Shown piece by piece: positions 46,298-56,700 of a stretch of DNA of 64,000 bases. A program made the position numbers and the translations under genes. The notes under the pieces were generated by a model that worked only from the letters and a program-made list of their open reading frames with translations, searched no databases and had not been told where the DNA came from. Positions within the stretch are counted from its first letter, which is position 1, and each line of letters starts with the position of its first letter. The DNA is from an uncultured bacterium (lineage in GTDB: Bacteria; CSSED10-310; CALFER01), in NCBI GenBank assembly GCA_964472395.1, contig CAYYMM010000003.1, positions 13,662-77,661 on the forward strand, given 5' to 3'.

Positions 46298-46939
46298 TCA
46301 ATGCTTTTCCGAAACCAACCGGTCCTCCCGCACGTCCGCCCTTGGACCAGTTGCGCCCGGTTTCAGGATTTCGGCCACCACTTCGGGATTCGCAATGTCG
46401 ATCAAGGCAATACACGTGAGTCTGGAAGACGGATTGAAAGGATCATGGCAATAAACATACAGGTCGGCACGATTCTCAAATCGATTCCGTATCTCGATCC
46501 GATGGACATACGGAAGTTCGCAGACTTCGGTCGGAAGAGACAAACGACCGAACACCATGACCTGTCGATCGGTGATCACATAGGTGCGGTTTTCGGCATG
46601 CGACCTCGCTCGCATCGGAGAACTCCACAACCAGATTCCAAGCAGGATACAAAACGGGCCGAACAACCTGAAAAACAAGGGAGGAGTCGTCTCCATCCGG
46701 GACACATTCCCGATCCCGATCAGCCATATCAAGCCGAAAATCAGTAGTAGAATGGCTTTCGGAGCGTGAGCCGACAAGAAACGGCGGTAACCTTCGACCG
46801 AGGGTTTGCAAATGTATATGATCCGCTCGCCAACGCCCAGCCTGGGTTCAATTTTCTTCCGAAGCAGTTCCGGAACGAGTCTCAGATCAAAGGACCACGC
46901 TCCGTTTATCTGCGGTAAAGTTTCACTCCCCTGTCTCAA
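46298..46939 (-). CDS. Membrane protein with bacterial PH-like domain (bPH_2/DUF304 family)
   Basis: Two TM helices followed by YVITDRQVMVFG...HRIEI, matching the YdbS/YdbT-like bPH_2 pattern. Confidence 0.5.
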   Translation of the reverse strand: MRQGSETLPQINGAWSFDLRLVPELLRKKIEPRLGVGERIIYICKPSVEGYRRFLSAHAPKAILLLIFGLIWLIGIGNVSRMETTPPLFFRLFGPFCILLGIWLWSSPMRARSHAENRTYVITDRQVMVFGRLSLPTEVCELPYVHRIEIRNRFENRADLYVYCHDPFNPSSRLTCIALIDIANPEVVAEILKPGATGPRADVREDRLVSEKH

Positions 46940-47568
46940 GTCGGATCCTCGTACTTCATGTTCGGAAACACCTTTCGCATAATCTCCACCACGGACTTCA
47001 CATCCGGTATATCGAGCATTTGAATACTCGTTGGATCCTTACGATTCCCCACATGAATCGAAACATTACCTCTCCCGCCACCTCTTTCGCTGACCTCGAC
47101 TGAAAATGACTTTCGACTGTCGATAGTCAATCGCGAAACAAAAACACCCATTCCCAGTATCAGGAGTCTGCGATCGGTCACAACATACAGCATCCGTTTG
47201 ATTCTGCCTTCTGCCTGCATCGGGAGAGTGGAAACAAAAATTCCCGCGAGTAAAAACGGAACACCTGTCAGAGGAAACCAAAACCCGATGTCGGGATTCC
47301 CCGAGACTTGTACCGTCGCACCCGCAATCCAGAAAACTGAAAACACAATGAAAAAGATCCCTACCAGAGAGGCCTTTTTATAATATTTTCGAAGCCCCTC
47401 CGCACTTGGCCGCCCATACCACAATACGGTCTCATCGGCCTTCAGTTTGCTCCTGATCTTCTCCATCCACTCAACCGGCAACTCATCGATGCGTATCATG
47501 CATCTCCTCCCGTTTTCAGCAAGGCCCCAATCCTGTCCGGATTCTCGACATAAACTCAAACCATCCAT
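46936..47568 (-). CDS. Membrane protein with bacterial PH-like domain (bPH_2/DUF304 family), tandem paralog
   Basis: Same architecture (WYGRP..., two TM helices, YVVTDRRLLILG). 4-nt overlap with the downstream paralog. Confidence 0.5.
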   Translation of the reverse strand: MDGLSLCRESGQDWGLAENGRRCMIRIDELPVEWMEKIRSKLKADETVLWYGRPSAEGLRKYYKKASLVGIFFIVFSVFWIAGATVQVSGNPDIGFWFPLTGVPFLLAGIFVSTLPMQAEGRIKRMLYVVTDRRLLILGMGVFVSRLTIDSRKSFSVEVSERGGGRGNVSIHVGNRKDPTSIQMLDIPDVKSVVEIMRKVFPNMKYEDPT

Positions 47569-47786
47569 AATCCCGGGCTTTCATGACAGTTGTCTGTCCA
47601 TCTATATTCTTCAGTCCGATATGGTTTCTTCTTCGGAAATCTTCACGTTTTGCGAAACAGAAAAAGCATCCATAGCAGAATTTTTAACATATATTTCGAA
47701 TCCGATCAAACAAGATTTTTCACGCCATTTTGCTTTTTTCGCTGAGGCCGGTAAACTGAAGACATCACGAAACCGGGGAGGTCACC

Positions 47787-49979
47787 ATGGACAGGTTGTC
47801 TGATTCAATCCTCAGCAAAGCGATCTTTTCGATCCTGCTTCTCTGTTGCGGCATACCACGATTCAACACAGCGCTCGCACAATCCTCCCGCGATCACATG
47901 ATCTATTCCGATGCACTCGGAGCAGACTGGGCGAGTTGGTCCTGGAGCGTGATGATCAACGAATCGAATCCGAATCCCGTTCACTCCGGAACATATTCGA
48001 TGTCGGTTCGATACACCGGCGGATGGGGAGGCGTCTTTCTGCATACCGACACGTATCTCGCGGGTTCTGAATACGAATCGCTGTCATTCTGGATTCACGG
48101 GGGCTCGACGGGCGGGCAGGTCCTGCGCGTCGGGATCTACTCCGGAGGAGAACCGACCGAGTATGTCGGCATCACCGCTCCGGCGAACACATGGGAGCAT
48201 CACACGATCCCGATGACCGATCTGGGCAACCCGGAGCAGATCACCGAGATCGTCTGGCAAAGCACCTCGGTGTCGGCACAGGCCATGTTCTACATGGATG
48301 ACATCCTTTTGATCTCGGATCCGACTCCTCCAACTCCGCCGGTTCTTTCGATCGATACTGAGTCGATCACGCATCCCATCGACCCGAACATCTACGGCAT
48401 GAGTTTCGCCGATGAAGATCTCGCGGAGGAACTCGATCTGCCCGTCCGCCGTTTCGGCGGGAACTCGACGACGCGCTACAGTTACATCCACGATACAAGC
48501 AATCGCGCATCGGACTGGTATTTCGAGAACATCCCCGAGGACAACGCCCATCCGGAAGACCTGCCCGACGGATCGTTGACGGATCGATTCATCGAGCAGG
48601 ATGACCGGACGGGGACGGACACGTTGCTGACGATCCCGATGATCGGCTGGACCCCCAAGTCGCGCGCATGGAACTGGGGATTCAGTGTGGCGAAGTATGG
48701 ACCTCAGGAATCGGTGGATCCGTGGCAACCCGATGCGGGAAACGGCGTGGACACCGACGGCGATCCCATCACGATAAATGATCCGCTCGACACCAGCACA
48801 TCGATCGGTCCGGACTTCGTCCAGGGCTGGATGGCCCATCTGATCGGAAAGTACGGGTCCGCCTCGGGGGGAGGGGTTCGCTTTTATAATCTTGACAATG
48901 AACCCATGCTGTGGAATTCGACGCACCGGGATGTCCATCCCGACCCGGCCGGTTATGACGAAATGCGGGACCGTACCGTTGCGTATGCGTCCGCGATCAA
49001 GGCCATGGATCCCGCTGCTCTGACCCTCGGCCCGGTCGTCTGGGGCTGGACGGCGTACTTTTACTCCGCTCTGGATGCCGCGCCCGGAGGGGCATGGTGG
49101 CTCAATCCGCTCGACCGCCTGGCCCACGACAACATCCCGTTCATCGAGTGGTATCTCCAGCAGATGCAGGAATACGAGGACACGTTCGATGTCCGGATAC
49201 TGGACTATGTTGACGTGCACTGCTATCCGCAGCAGAACGGCGTTGCTCTTGGGGAAGCCGGTTCAGCCTCGACGCGGGCTCTCCGGCTCCGATCCACCCG
49301 ACAACTCTGGGATCCGACCTATGTCGACGAGAGCTGGATCGGAGAACCGGTCCGGCTGATCCCCCGGATGAAAGAATGGATCGAAGCGAACTACCCCGGA
49401 ACAAAATCGGCGGTCACGGAATACAACTGGGGCGGCCACGAACACATCAATGGCGCGCTCGCCCAGGCGGACGTTCTCGGGATATTCGGTCGAGAGGGAC
49501 TGGACCTGGCGTGTCTCTGGGGTCCGCCCGGGATCGATCAGCCCTGTGCCTTCGCATTCCGGATGTTCCGCAACTATGACGGATCACACGGCCGCTTCGG
49601 GGATCGATCGATTGCGGCGGTCAGTTCGGATCAGGCGAAACTGTCTGTTTATGGAGCGATCCGTGCACTGGATCAAGCCGTGACGATCCTGGTCGTCAAC
49701 AAATCCGGCACGGCCCTGAACAGCGACGTCGAGTTTGTGCATGACCCCGGTGTGGATACAGCGGAAGTCTATCGCTACAGCGTATCGAATCTGACCGCGA
49801 TTATCCGGGAATCCGACCAGCCCCTCTCTCCGCAAGGCTTCACCGCGCTCTTCCCCGCCGACTCAATCACCCTGTTCGTCATCCCCGGCGCCTTCGAACC
49901 AGTCCCCCTCACCGGGCCTGTTTCGGGCGTGCTCCTGCTCCTCGTCATCTCTCTCATCATCGTTCGAAAGCGTCACTGA
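47787..49979 (+). CDS. Secreted glycoside hydrolase, GH44-like (clan GH-A), with N-terminal CBM-like domain and C-terminal TM/sorting-like tail
   Basis: Signal peptide. RFGGNSTTRYSY...DWYFEN GH44-like signature. NLDNEPMLWN (acid/base NEP) and VTEYNWGG (nucleophile). C-terminus EPVPLTGPVSGVLLLLVISLIIVRKRH. Confidence 0.6.
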   Translation: MDRLSDSILSKAIFSILLLCCGIPRFNTALAQSSRDHMIYSDALGADWASWSWSVMINESNPNPVHSGTYSMSVRYTGGWGGVFLHTDTYLAGSEYESLSFWIHGGSTGGQVLRVGIYSGGEPTEYVGITAPANTWEHHTIPMTDLGNPEQITEIVWQSTSVSAQAMFYMDDILLISDPTPPTPPVLSIDTESITHPIDPNIYGMSFADEDLAEELDLPVRRFGGNSTTRYSYIHDTSNRASDWYFENIPEDNAHPEDLPDGSLTDRFIEQDDRTGTDTLLTIPMIGWTPKSRAWNWGFSVAKYGPQESVDPWQPDAGNGVDTDGDPITINDPLDTSTSIGPDFVQGWMAHLIGKYGSASGGGVRFYNLDNEPMLWNSTHRDVHPDPAGYDEMRDRTVAYASAIKAMDPAALTLGPVVWGWTAYFYSALDAAPGGAWWLNPLDRLAHDNIPFIEWYLQQMQEYEDTFDVRILDYVDVHCYPQQNGVALGEAGSASTRALRLRSTRQLWDPTYVDESWIGEPVRLIPRMKEWIEANYPGTKSAVTEYNWGGHEHINGALAQADVLGIFGREGLDLACLWGPPGIDQPCAFAFRMFRNYDGSHGRFGDRSIAAVSSDQAKLSVYGAIRALDQAVTILVVNKSGTALNSDVEFVHDPGVDTAEVYRYSVSNLTAIIRESDQPLSPQGFTALFPADSITLFVIPGAFEPVPLTGPVSGVLLLLVISLIIVRKRH

Positions 49980-50495
49980 GTGGCCATCACGTTTCAACTC
50001 ATCCTGCCGACCGAGATAGACTCTCTGGGAGAATGGCTGTGTCAGGAACGCTGGCCGTATCATGGCCGTGAACAGCTCACCCGTGATCAGTTCCGGACGG
50101 ATGTCGATCAGGGGGTCTATTTCGGTGACACGGTCCGGTCATTCTGGATTCTCGAAGGTGAGGCGCGAATCGGCTTCATCCGCCTGTTCGACCTCGAGGA
50201 CATGACGCCGCTTTTCGACTTGAGGATCCGGAGTGACATGAGGGGGAAAGGAATCGGGCGTCTGGCTGTGGAATGGCTCACGCGCGAGATCTTCCGGACC
50301 TGGACGCATGTTCGACGGATTGAAGCGTATACCCGCGCCGACAATGTCCCGATGCAACGTGTGCTCATTGCATGCGGATACCGGAAGGAAGCGCATCATC
50401 GGAAAGCATGGCCGGATCAGTCGGGGAATTACCATGATTCCGTCGGATATGCTATTTTAAAAGAGGAGGTCACCGATTCCCGGAATGAGAGCTGA
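49980..50495 (+). CDS. GNAT-family N-acetyltransferase
   Basis: GTG start immediately after the GH44 stop. RGKGIGRLAVEWL acetyl-CoA binding motif. Confidence 0.6.
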   Translation: MAITFQLILPTEIDSLGEWLCQERWPYHGREQLTRDQFRTDVDQGVYFGDTVRSFWILEGEARIGFIRLFDLEDMTPLFDLRIRSDMRGKGIGRLAVEWLTREIFRTWTHVRRIEAYTRADNVPMQRVLIACGYRKEAHHRKAWPDQSGNYHDSVGYAILKEEVTDSRNES

Positions 50496-50658
50496 TGTCG
50501 TCATGGCCGATCTGAAAAAGCTGGACGAGCAATTGCGCATGTGAAATCCCGGCTCATCGATGGCGACTCATCGGACACGAAACGGAGAGTGAAATTCGAA
50601 CTTCCACGGACTTCTGAGACCCGGAAAGACGATGGAACCTGAATGTGAGGTGATCGAC

Positions 50659-51255
50659 ATGGCGCGACGAACTGATGGTTGCCGATCCGTTGTCCTGATG
50701 CTCCCGATGGCATTCCTTGTCGTTCTTTGCGGTTGCTGTGAGTTACTGGGGGACTGCGATGAGCCCTCGGCGACGGCAACGGCAGCACCTCCTGCGACGG
50801 CGACACCTGCGCCATCTGCTTCACCCGAGCCGACCGCGAGCGGGACGCCCGTTCCGACCGAAACGCCTTCAGTGACCCGGATGTTTCGAGGCACGAGCTA
50901 TCGGGAACCGGGAGGCGCTAGGATCGGAGAATGCGCATTCAGTGTCTCACCGAAAGGCTTGGTATCGGGATATGTCACCATGTGGTGGGCCTGTTCGAAC
51001 TCAGACGGAGCACAATGGGAAACGACATTTTCTCATGAATTCTCAACGGAACTGAACGATCAGAATCGATTCTCCTGGGAGTTCGTGGACGAAGGTGGTC
51101 TGGGTTATGCCCATTATCGTCGGGTTTATACGGTCGATGGGTGGGTGGGTGAAACGGATGCCGACGGTGAGTGGGCTGCATCATCCACGGCTTCGGATCA
51201 CTATATGCAGAGCAGTTGCACAGGAAATGGCAAATGGGATGCGGCCATTGAATAA
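50659..51255 (+). CDS. Putative lipoprotein with Pro/Thr/Ala-rich linker
   Basis: GAGGTG RBS. MARRTDGCRSVVLMLPMAFLVVLCGCC signal with lipobox, then a PATATPAPSASPEPTASGTPVPTETP linker. No known domain. Confidence 0.45.
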   Translation: MARRTDGCRSVVLMLPMAFLVVLCGCCELLGDCDEPSATATAAPPATATPAPSASPEPTASGTPVPTETPSVTRMFRGTSYREPGGARIGECAFSVSPKGLVSGYVTMWWACSNSDGAQWETTFSHEFSTELNDQNRFSWEFVDEGGLGYAHYRRVYTVDGWVGETDADGEWAASSTASDHYMQSSCTGNGKWDAAIE

Positions 51256-51281
51256 CGGATCGAGCGAGAGGGGGGGTTGAG

Positions 51282-52784
51282 ATGTTTTTTTTAAGATCTG
51301 TCGTATTGAGCATGCTGGCGCTTCTCGGCGCAACACTCGTTTCAGCCAATCCCATTCAATGGAAAACACCGGTCGTCATTCCCGAGGATCCGACACATGG
51401 GATGGAATTGAAAGGCGGTCCCGACGGCCTGTTCCACATGATTCTCTGTCAGGATTCGACGCACAGTTTCAGTTACGGCAGGCTGGAGGAGACCGGATTT
51501 TACATGCAACTGATCGAATCATACGCGACATCGGGTACGATGTACTGCGCATTGAATTTCTGGGGAAACATGCCGGTCGCCGGCATGAGGTACGAAGCGG
51601 AGCAGAACATGGCTTACTCGATTCGAACCGGAGCGTGGACATCACCCTCTGAAATCCCTCAGACTCTGGATTCGCATCGAATCAAACTCGCGGTCGAAAA
51701 CACGGGAGTGATGCATGTCGCATTCGTGCAGGAAGATGATGCCGGCGGTAGCCATCTGATGTATTCCTACACCGACGGCCCGGACTGGGAACTCGAACAT
51801 GTGTTTCTGCTCTCCGATCATTCGCTCGTGACCCGGATCGACATGGAACTGGATTCCACAAATACGCCTCACTTCGCATGGTTTGACGCAAACTTCAACT
51901 ACATCGGATATGCCGTCCGGACCGGTTTTGCTGAATTCGATGCCGACATTGCGGCGCAGGGAGTCGATGCCTGCCGATGGATCGATCTTGAGTTGATGGC
52001 TCCCGACATTCCTGTGATCGGATTTCTGCAGGGAAGCTCGACCGAATCGGCCACGCTGCACTATACATTCAAATTCGGATCCTCGTTTTATGAAGACGAG
52101 ATCCTCGGAAACGTCGGAATCACATCAGCCGATATGGCTGTTCCTCGTGAAGACACCATCACAACCTCACGACTGTACTTCTTCGCCGCACTGCCAACAG
52201 GAATTCACACGCTCCGCCCGGTCGTCGGCGGATGGGACATGTCCCGCATCGCCGCACTGTACGACGTCAGCAGCAACGTATTGCTGGATGCCGACTGGAA
52301 CAGCGCATCGAATTCTGTTGGACTGCTCATCAGCGACTTCACGGAAGATGAACTCTACTTCATTGAAGGAACGTCGGTCACACCGACTCCGACCGCTCAA
52401 CCGCCGACACCCACTCCGGGGCCGTGCGACCAATTGGGCTGTGACGTGACCATGCCGTCGACCTCATTCCATCCGGGAGATCTCTGCAATTGCCTCGTGA
52501 CGATCTGCAACCCCGGCCCCAAAACTTACATTAACGTTCCGTTGTTCGTCATACTGGACGTTTACGGTGAGTATTTCTTCGCGCCTTCATTCACCGATCT
52601 CGATCATTACACCTACGACTCCATCGCGCCCGGCACTCACCTCCGAACGGTCATACCCGATTTCTCCTGGCCGGAAGGCGTTGGATCGGCAAGTGGGCTG
52701 TTATTTTACGCCGGAATGACCAATGCCGAGATGACCGAGTTGCTCGGCGAGTATGACTCGTTTACGTTCGGGTATTCCGATTGA
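51282..52784 (+). CDS. Secreted hypothetical protein carrying the shared ~120-aa C-terminal domain after a Pro/Thr linker
   Basis: Signal peptide MFFLRSVVLSMLALLGATLVSA, TPTPTAQPPTPTPGP linker, then CDQLGCDV...PLFVILDVYGEYFFAPSFT...IPDFSWPEGVGSASGLLFYAG..., homologous to the Kelch paralog C-termini. Confidence 0.6.
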   Translation: MFFLRSVVLSMLALLGATLVSANPIQWKTPVVIPEDPTHGMELKGGPDGLFHMILCQDSTHSFSYGRLEETGFYMQLIESYATSGTMYCALNFWGNMPVAGMRYEAEQNMAYSIRTGAWTSPSEIPQTLDSHRIKLAVENTGVMHVAFVQEDDAGGSHLMYSYTDGPDWELEHVFLLSDHSLVTRIDMELDSTNTPHFAWFDANFNYIGYAVRTGFAEFDADIAAQGVDACRWIDLELMAPDIPVIGFLQGSSTESATLHYTFKFGSSFYEDEILGNVGITSADMAVPREDTITTSRLYFFAALPTGIHTLRPVVGGWDMSRIAALYDVSSNVLLDADWNSASNSVGLLISDFTEDELYFIEGTSVTPTPTAQPPTPTPGPCDQLGCDVTMPSTSFHPGDLCNCLVTICNPGPKTYINVPLFVILDVYGEYFFAPSFTDLDHYTYDSIAPGTHLRTVIPDFSWPEGVGSASGLLFYAGMTNAEMTELLGEYDSFTFGYSD

Positions 52785-52799
52785 GATAGCAGCAGTCGA

Positions 52800-53582
52800 T
52801 CAGATTGCATGCAGGGGAGTTTCACGGGATTCCGGCTGATCGGGAATGGGTTTATCCGAATCCTGACCGGGTTCGATCCGGCAGTCATCGATCACGACAT
52901 CCACGATGAGTTTGGTGGGATCCATCAGATTTTCCAGCTCCAGGAGGAACTCATCCGTTTCATCCGCCCGTCGTGTTCCGACATGCCGGGAATCTGAGAT
53001 CCGGCCTGTGACGCAGATCGCATCGTCGATGTTCAGCCTCTCCAGCAACCCTTCACGTCCTTTCGGAACATTGGCCTGCACGAGAATCTGATCGGAATGC
53101 TTCGTTGCGCCGGACACGGCCACCCTCACACGATGCGTGACCCGTCCGGCTTCGACATTCCGGATGGCCCCGCAGACCCTGACGTAGCGTCCCTCGATTT
53201 CATCCTTCCACCGTTTCTTCCTCCGGATGTCATTCCCATCCGCCATGATTTCCACTGCAGTTTTCCATCTCGAAGTCAGATCATTGGCTTGTCCGGAATC
53301 GGATTGCGGTGAGTCCGCCAGTGTCATGGGAGTGGGTTTTGGAACGCCATCTTTACATTCACCGACCGTGATCTGTCTGACCTGCATCATCGGGAGGCGG
53401 TGAGGAGTTGCGTCATTCCGGTATGAATAGACCACATACCGTTGATCGTAGATGTCCTCATATTCGACTCGGACACCTGCGATCACCCGCCCGTCCTTCA
53501 GGTGGATGTCGACGCAATCCTGAGCGAGGGTCATCGGGATAACCAGGATCAACCAGATCACAAACAGCAATCTCTTCAGCAT
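52800..53582 (-). CDS. Secreted hypothetical protein
   Basis: Signal peptide MLKRLLFVIWLILVIPMTLA. No recognisable domain. Confidence 0.45.
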   Translation of the reverse strand: MLKRLLFVIWLILVIPMTLAQDCVDIHLKDGRVIAGVRVEYEDIYDQRYVVYSYRNDATPHRLPMMQVRQITVGECKDGVPKPTPMTLADSPQSDSGQANDLTSRWKTAVEIMADGNDIRRKKRWKDEIEGRYVRVCGAIRNVEAGRVTHRVRVAVSGATKHSDQILVQANVPKGREGLLERLNIDDAICVTGRISDSRHVGTRRADETDEFLLELENLMDPTKLIVDVVIDDCRIEPGQDSDKPIPDQPESRETPLHAI

Positions 53583-53742
53583 CGCTTCTCCTTTGATCTA
53601 CGTGTGTCATTCGCATTCTCATCCTCATTCGCCGGTTTGTCAATGGACAACATGACTGAACACACCCCTCATGCCGCCAAACTTTCATTGAGAACACACG
53701 TAATTCCAAATGAATGGTCTGTCATCCTTCCGGGAGGTGTCT

Positions 53743-56700
53743 ATGAAATCAATGCAGTGTTTGATCATTGGATCGTTCTTCTGTCTGTCATCGCTGGCTT
53801 CAGCCGGCATGCACCACGAAACGATCAGTTTCATTGCCGATTCACGCCCTGTTCTAGCTTCGGATCAGATCCACGTTGCGGGGACTTCTCACACACTGGC
53901 TGTTTCGGGCGCACCCGCGTTACCCATGATGGTTCGGCATTTCAATTTTCCGATCGGGAGTCGATTGGTGGACGCACAAATTGAGGGGATCACAACGAAT
54001 CGCATGAGACTCGATCGACCACTCCCGGTCCTGCCGCCAAAACCGATTGTTTCCAACCCTCATCAGCATTTGCAGGTTCCTCCCCTGGTCAGACCCGACG
54101 TGATGTACCCGGGCGACTGGTATGCGATCGAAACGCGTGGCGGACTTGACCCGGACACTCTGGCGCCGGTTCTTTCCGTTACGGTTCGAATATACCCGGT
54201 ACGTGTGACCGATCGGGCAGCGGAATATCTCGAGTCATTCACCTTGAACCTGTCTGTCGACCGCGTCGATGCGCAGGCCACCCGTGATACAGCCGGAATG
54301 CTGATCATTGCTCCTCAGGCGTTCCTGGATGTGATGGGACCATTCATCGCCCATAAAAACTCGCTTGGAATCACCACAATGACGCGATCCGCTGAAGATA
54401 TTCTGGACAACGGCACACCGGGATTCGATTTTCAGGAACAGATCAAGAAGGCTGTCTATGAGGCCTATACCGCATCATCCATTCGCTACGTGCTGCTCGT
54501 CGGAGACGCATCGCTGATCCCTGTCCGCTATACCTTCCATATGGATTTCGGAGGACAGGACGGATGGACAAACACGCCGAGCGATTTGTACTACGCCGAC
54601 CTGCTCGATGCGTCCGGCGAGTATTGTTCGTGGGATTTCGATCAGGACGGTTTATACGGCGAGTTCAACGGCGGGAACGCGGATCAATGCGACCTGCTTC
54701 CGGACGTGCTGCTCGGACGTATTCCGGCTCAGACCACGACGGAACTCCAGGCGGTCCTCGACAAACTGATCGCATACGAGTCGCTCGATGGGTCTCAATC
54801 CTGGCTGAACCGAATCGTTCTTCTCGGAGCGGATACATTCACCGCCGAGGAACACAACGAGCATTCCGGGGTTCCTGAAGGTGAAGCGCTCTGCGAGCGG
54901 CTCAACACGGATCATCTGAGTGATTATGCCACCACGCGTCTTTATCAGACCGATACATACTCGCGTGACGGAGAATTGACGGCGGCAGCGATCACGCAGG
55001 CGATTCAGGCAGGGGCATGCATCGTGAACTATGCCAATCACGGAAACATCAATGTCTGGGGATGGGGAGGCCGGACATACTCCACGGCCAATGTGGAGAG
55101 TCTGGACAATCAGGAAAAACTGCCGATCGTATACTCCTTCGCGTGCCTGACAGCCGCTTTCGATACGGAAAATCCGGAGAATCCCGGATTTGGAATCGTC
55201 GACCGCAGTCTGGGAGAGGCGTTCCTGCTCAAAGCCCCGGGTGGAGCTGCCGGCTTTTTCGGAGCCACACGATCCGCCTTTGGTGGTGGTTACGGCTACG
55301 GCGATCATCTCGGAGCAATGGGCTATCTGGATTGGCAGTACTTCAAAAAAATCGGGGAAGGACAGACTGCGCAGGGCCGGTTGTATCTCGAGACACTTAC
55401 CGAGTTGATTCAGAATATCGGTGTCACGGGAACCGAGGAGTTCATCACGGCACTCGAGTACATCTACTTTGGAGATCCGTCTCTGTGCATCTCCGGAACA
55501 CCGGTCGGACCGAACTTCGATCTGCAGTACAAAGGCATAAATGACAGCTCCGGAGGCAATGACAACAGGTGCGCGGAACCCGGGGAAACCGTCGAGTTGA
55601 TTCATGAGCTTTCCAACGATGGATCCGCCGCATCAGATGTCTCGGCTGTTCTCGCCATTGAGGATCCTGACGTGACAATCATCAACGACACACTTACCAT
55701 TCCTTCGGCGCCACATGGCCACCGGGCGATTCTGGATCCGGGTTTTCAGATTGCGATCCACTCGGATGCCTTGAATCACTCCGTTTTCGGCTCCATTACA
55801 CTCTCGACCGGGACTCACCGGAGTACATTTCCTGTCATATTCAACATCGGAGTCTCCGCGTTTCTCACCGCTGACGAGATGTTTGTCAAAGCGGATCCGA
55901 ACAATGACAACTATGCCAACCCGGGCGAAAGCATCCAGTTTTCACCCGATTTTCATAACATCGGATGCACCGACGCGGCCTTGTTTTCTGCGAGCGTTCA
56001 GATCTCGGATCCCTTCGTTCTGGATTACGGCGCTTGCAGCAGCGGTGCGTTACCCCTGATCGAACCGGGTCGTTCCGCATGTCCGGGCGGTCTTTTCTGG
56101 GCTGAACTCGATCCCGTCACTCCCGATCAGCATCGCATCGATTGCCGGATCGAAATCGATGGTCCTCACGGATTCCATCACGAGCTGATCCTGCCGTTAT
56201 TCGTGAATGATTGTACGATGCCGGTTCTGAGTCAGTTCCGGGTCAGTCCCGAAAATCCGGATCCCGGAGACTCCATCTCCGTTACAGTAAAGGCAGTGGA
56301 TGGCTATGGAGTAGAATCGATCAGCGCCGATTTTACGAGTTACGGATCGCAGAGCATCACCGGAGTCACGATGTCTGATGATGGCCTTCACGGAGATGCG
56401 GAAGCCGGGGATGGCATCTATGGATGTTCACTGACCCTGCCAGACAAACTGATTTACTATCGCGTTGATATCGAGGCGACTGACGGAGCCGGTCATTCCG
56501 GAACGCGCACGGGAATTGGAGGCGTGTCGACCATCGCTTTCGAGTCGGATGATCCGATTCTGATCGTCAGTGGAGCCGAAGATGACCTCTACCTGGGTCT
56601 CTACGCCCAGGCATTGAGCGATGCAGGATTCCGGTATGATGTTTGGTCCTATCTCCGGGGTGTCCCCTCGATGGATGTTCTGAACCGGTATCGAAACGGC

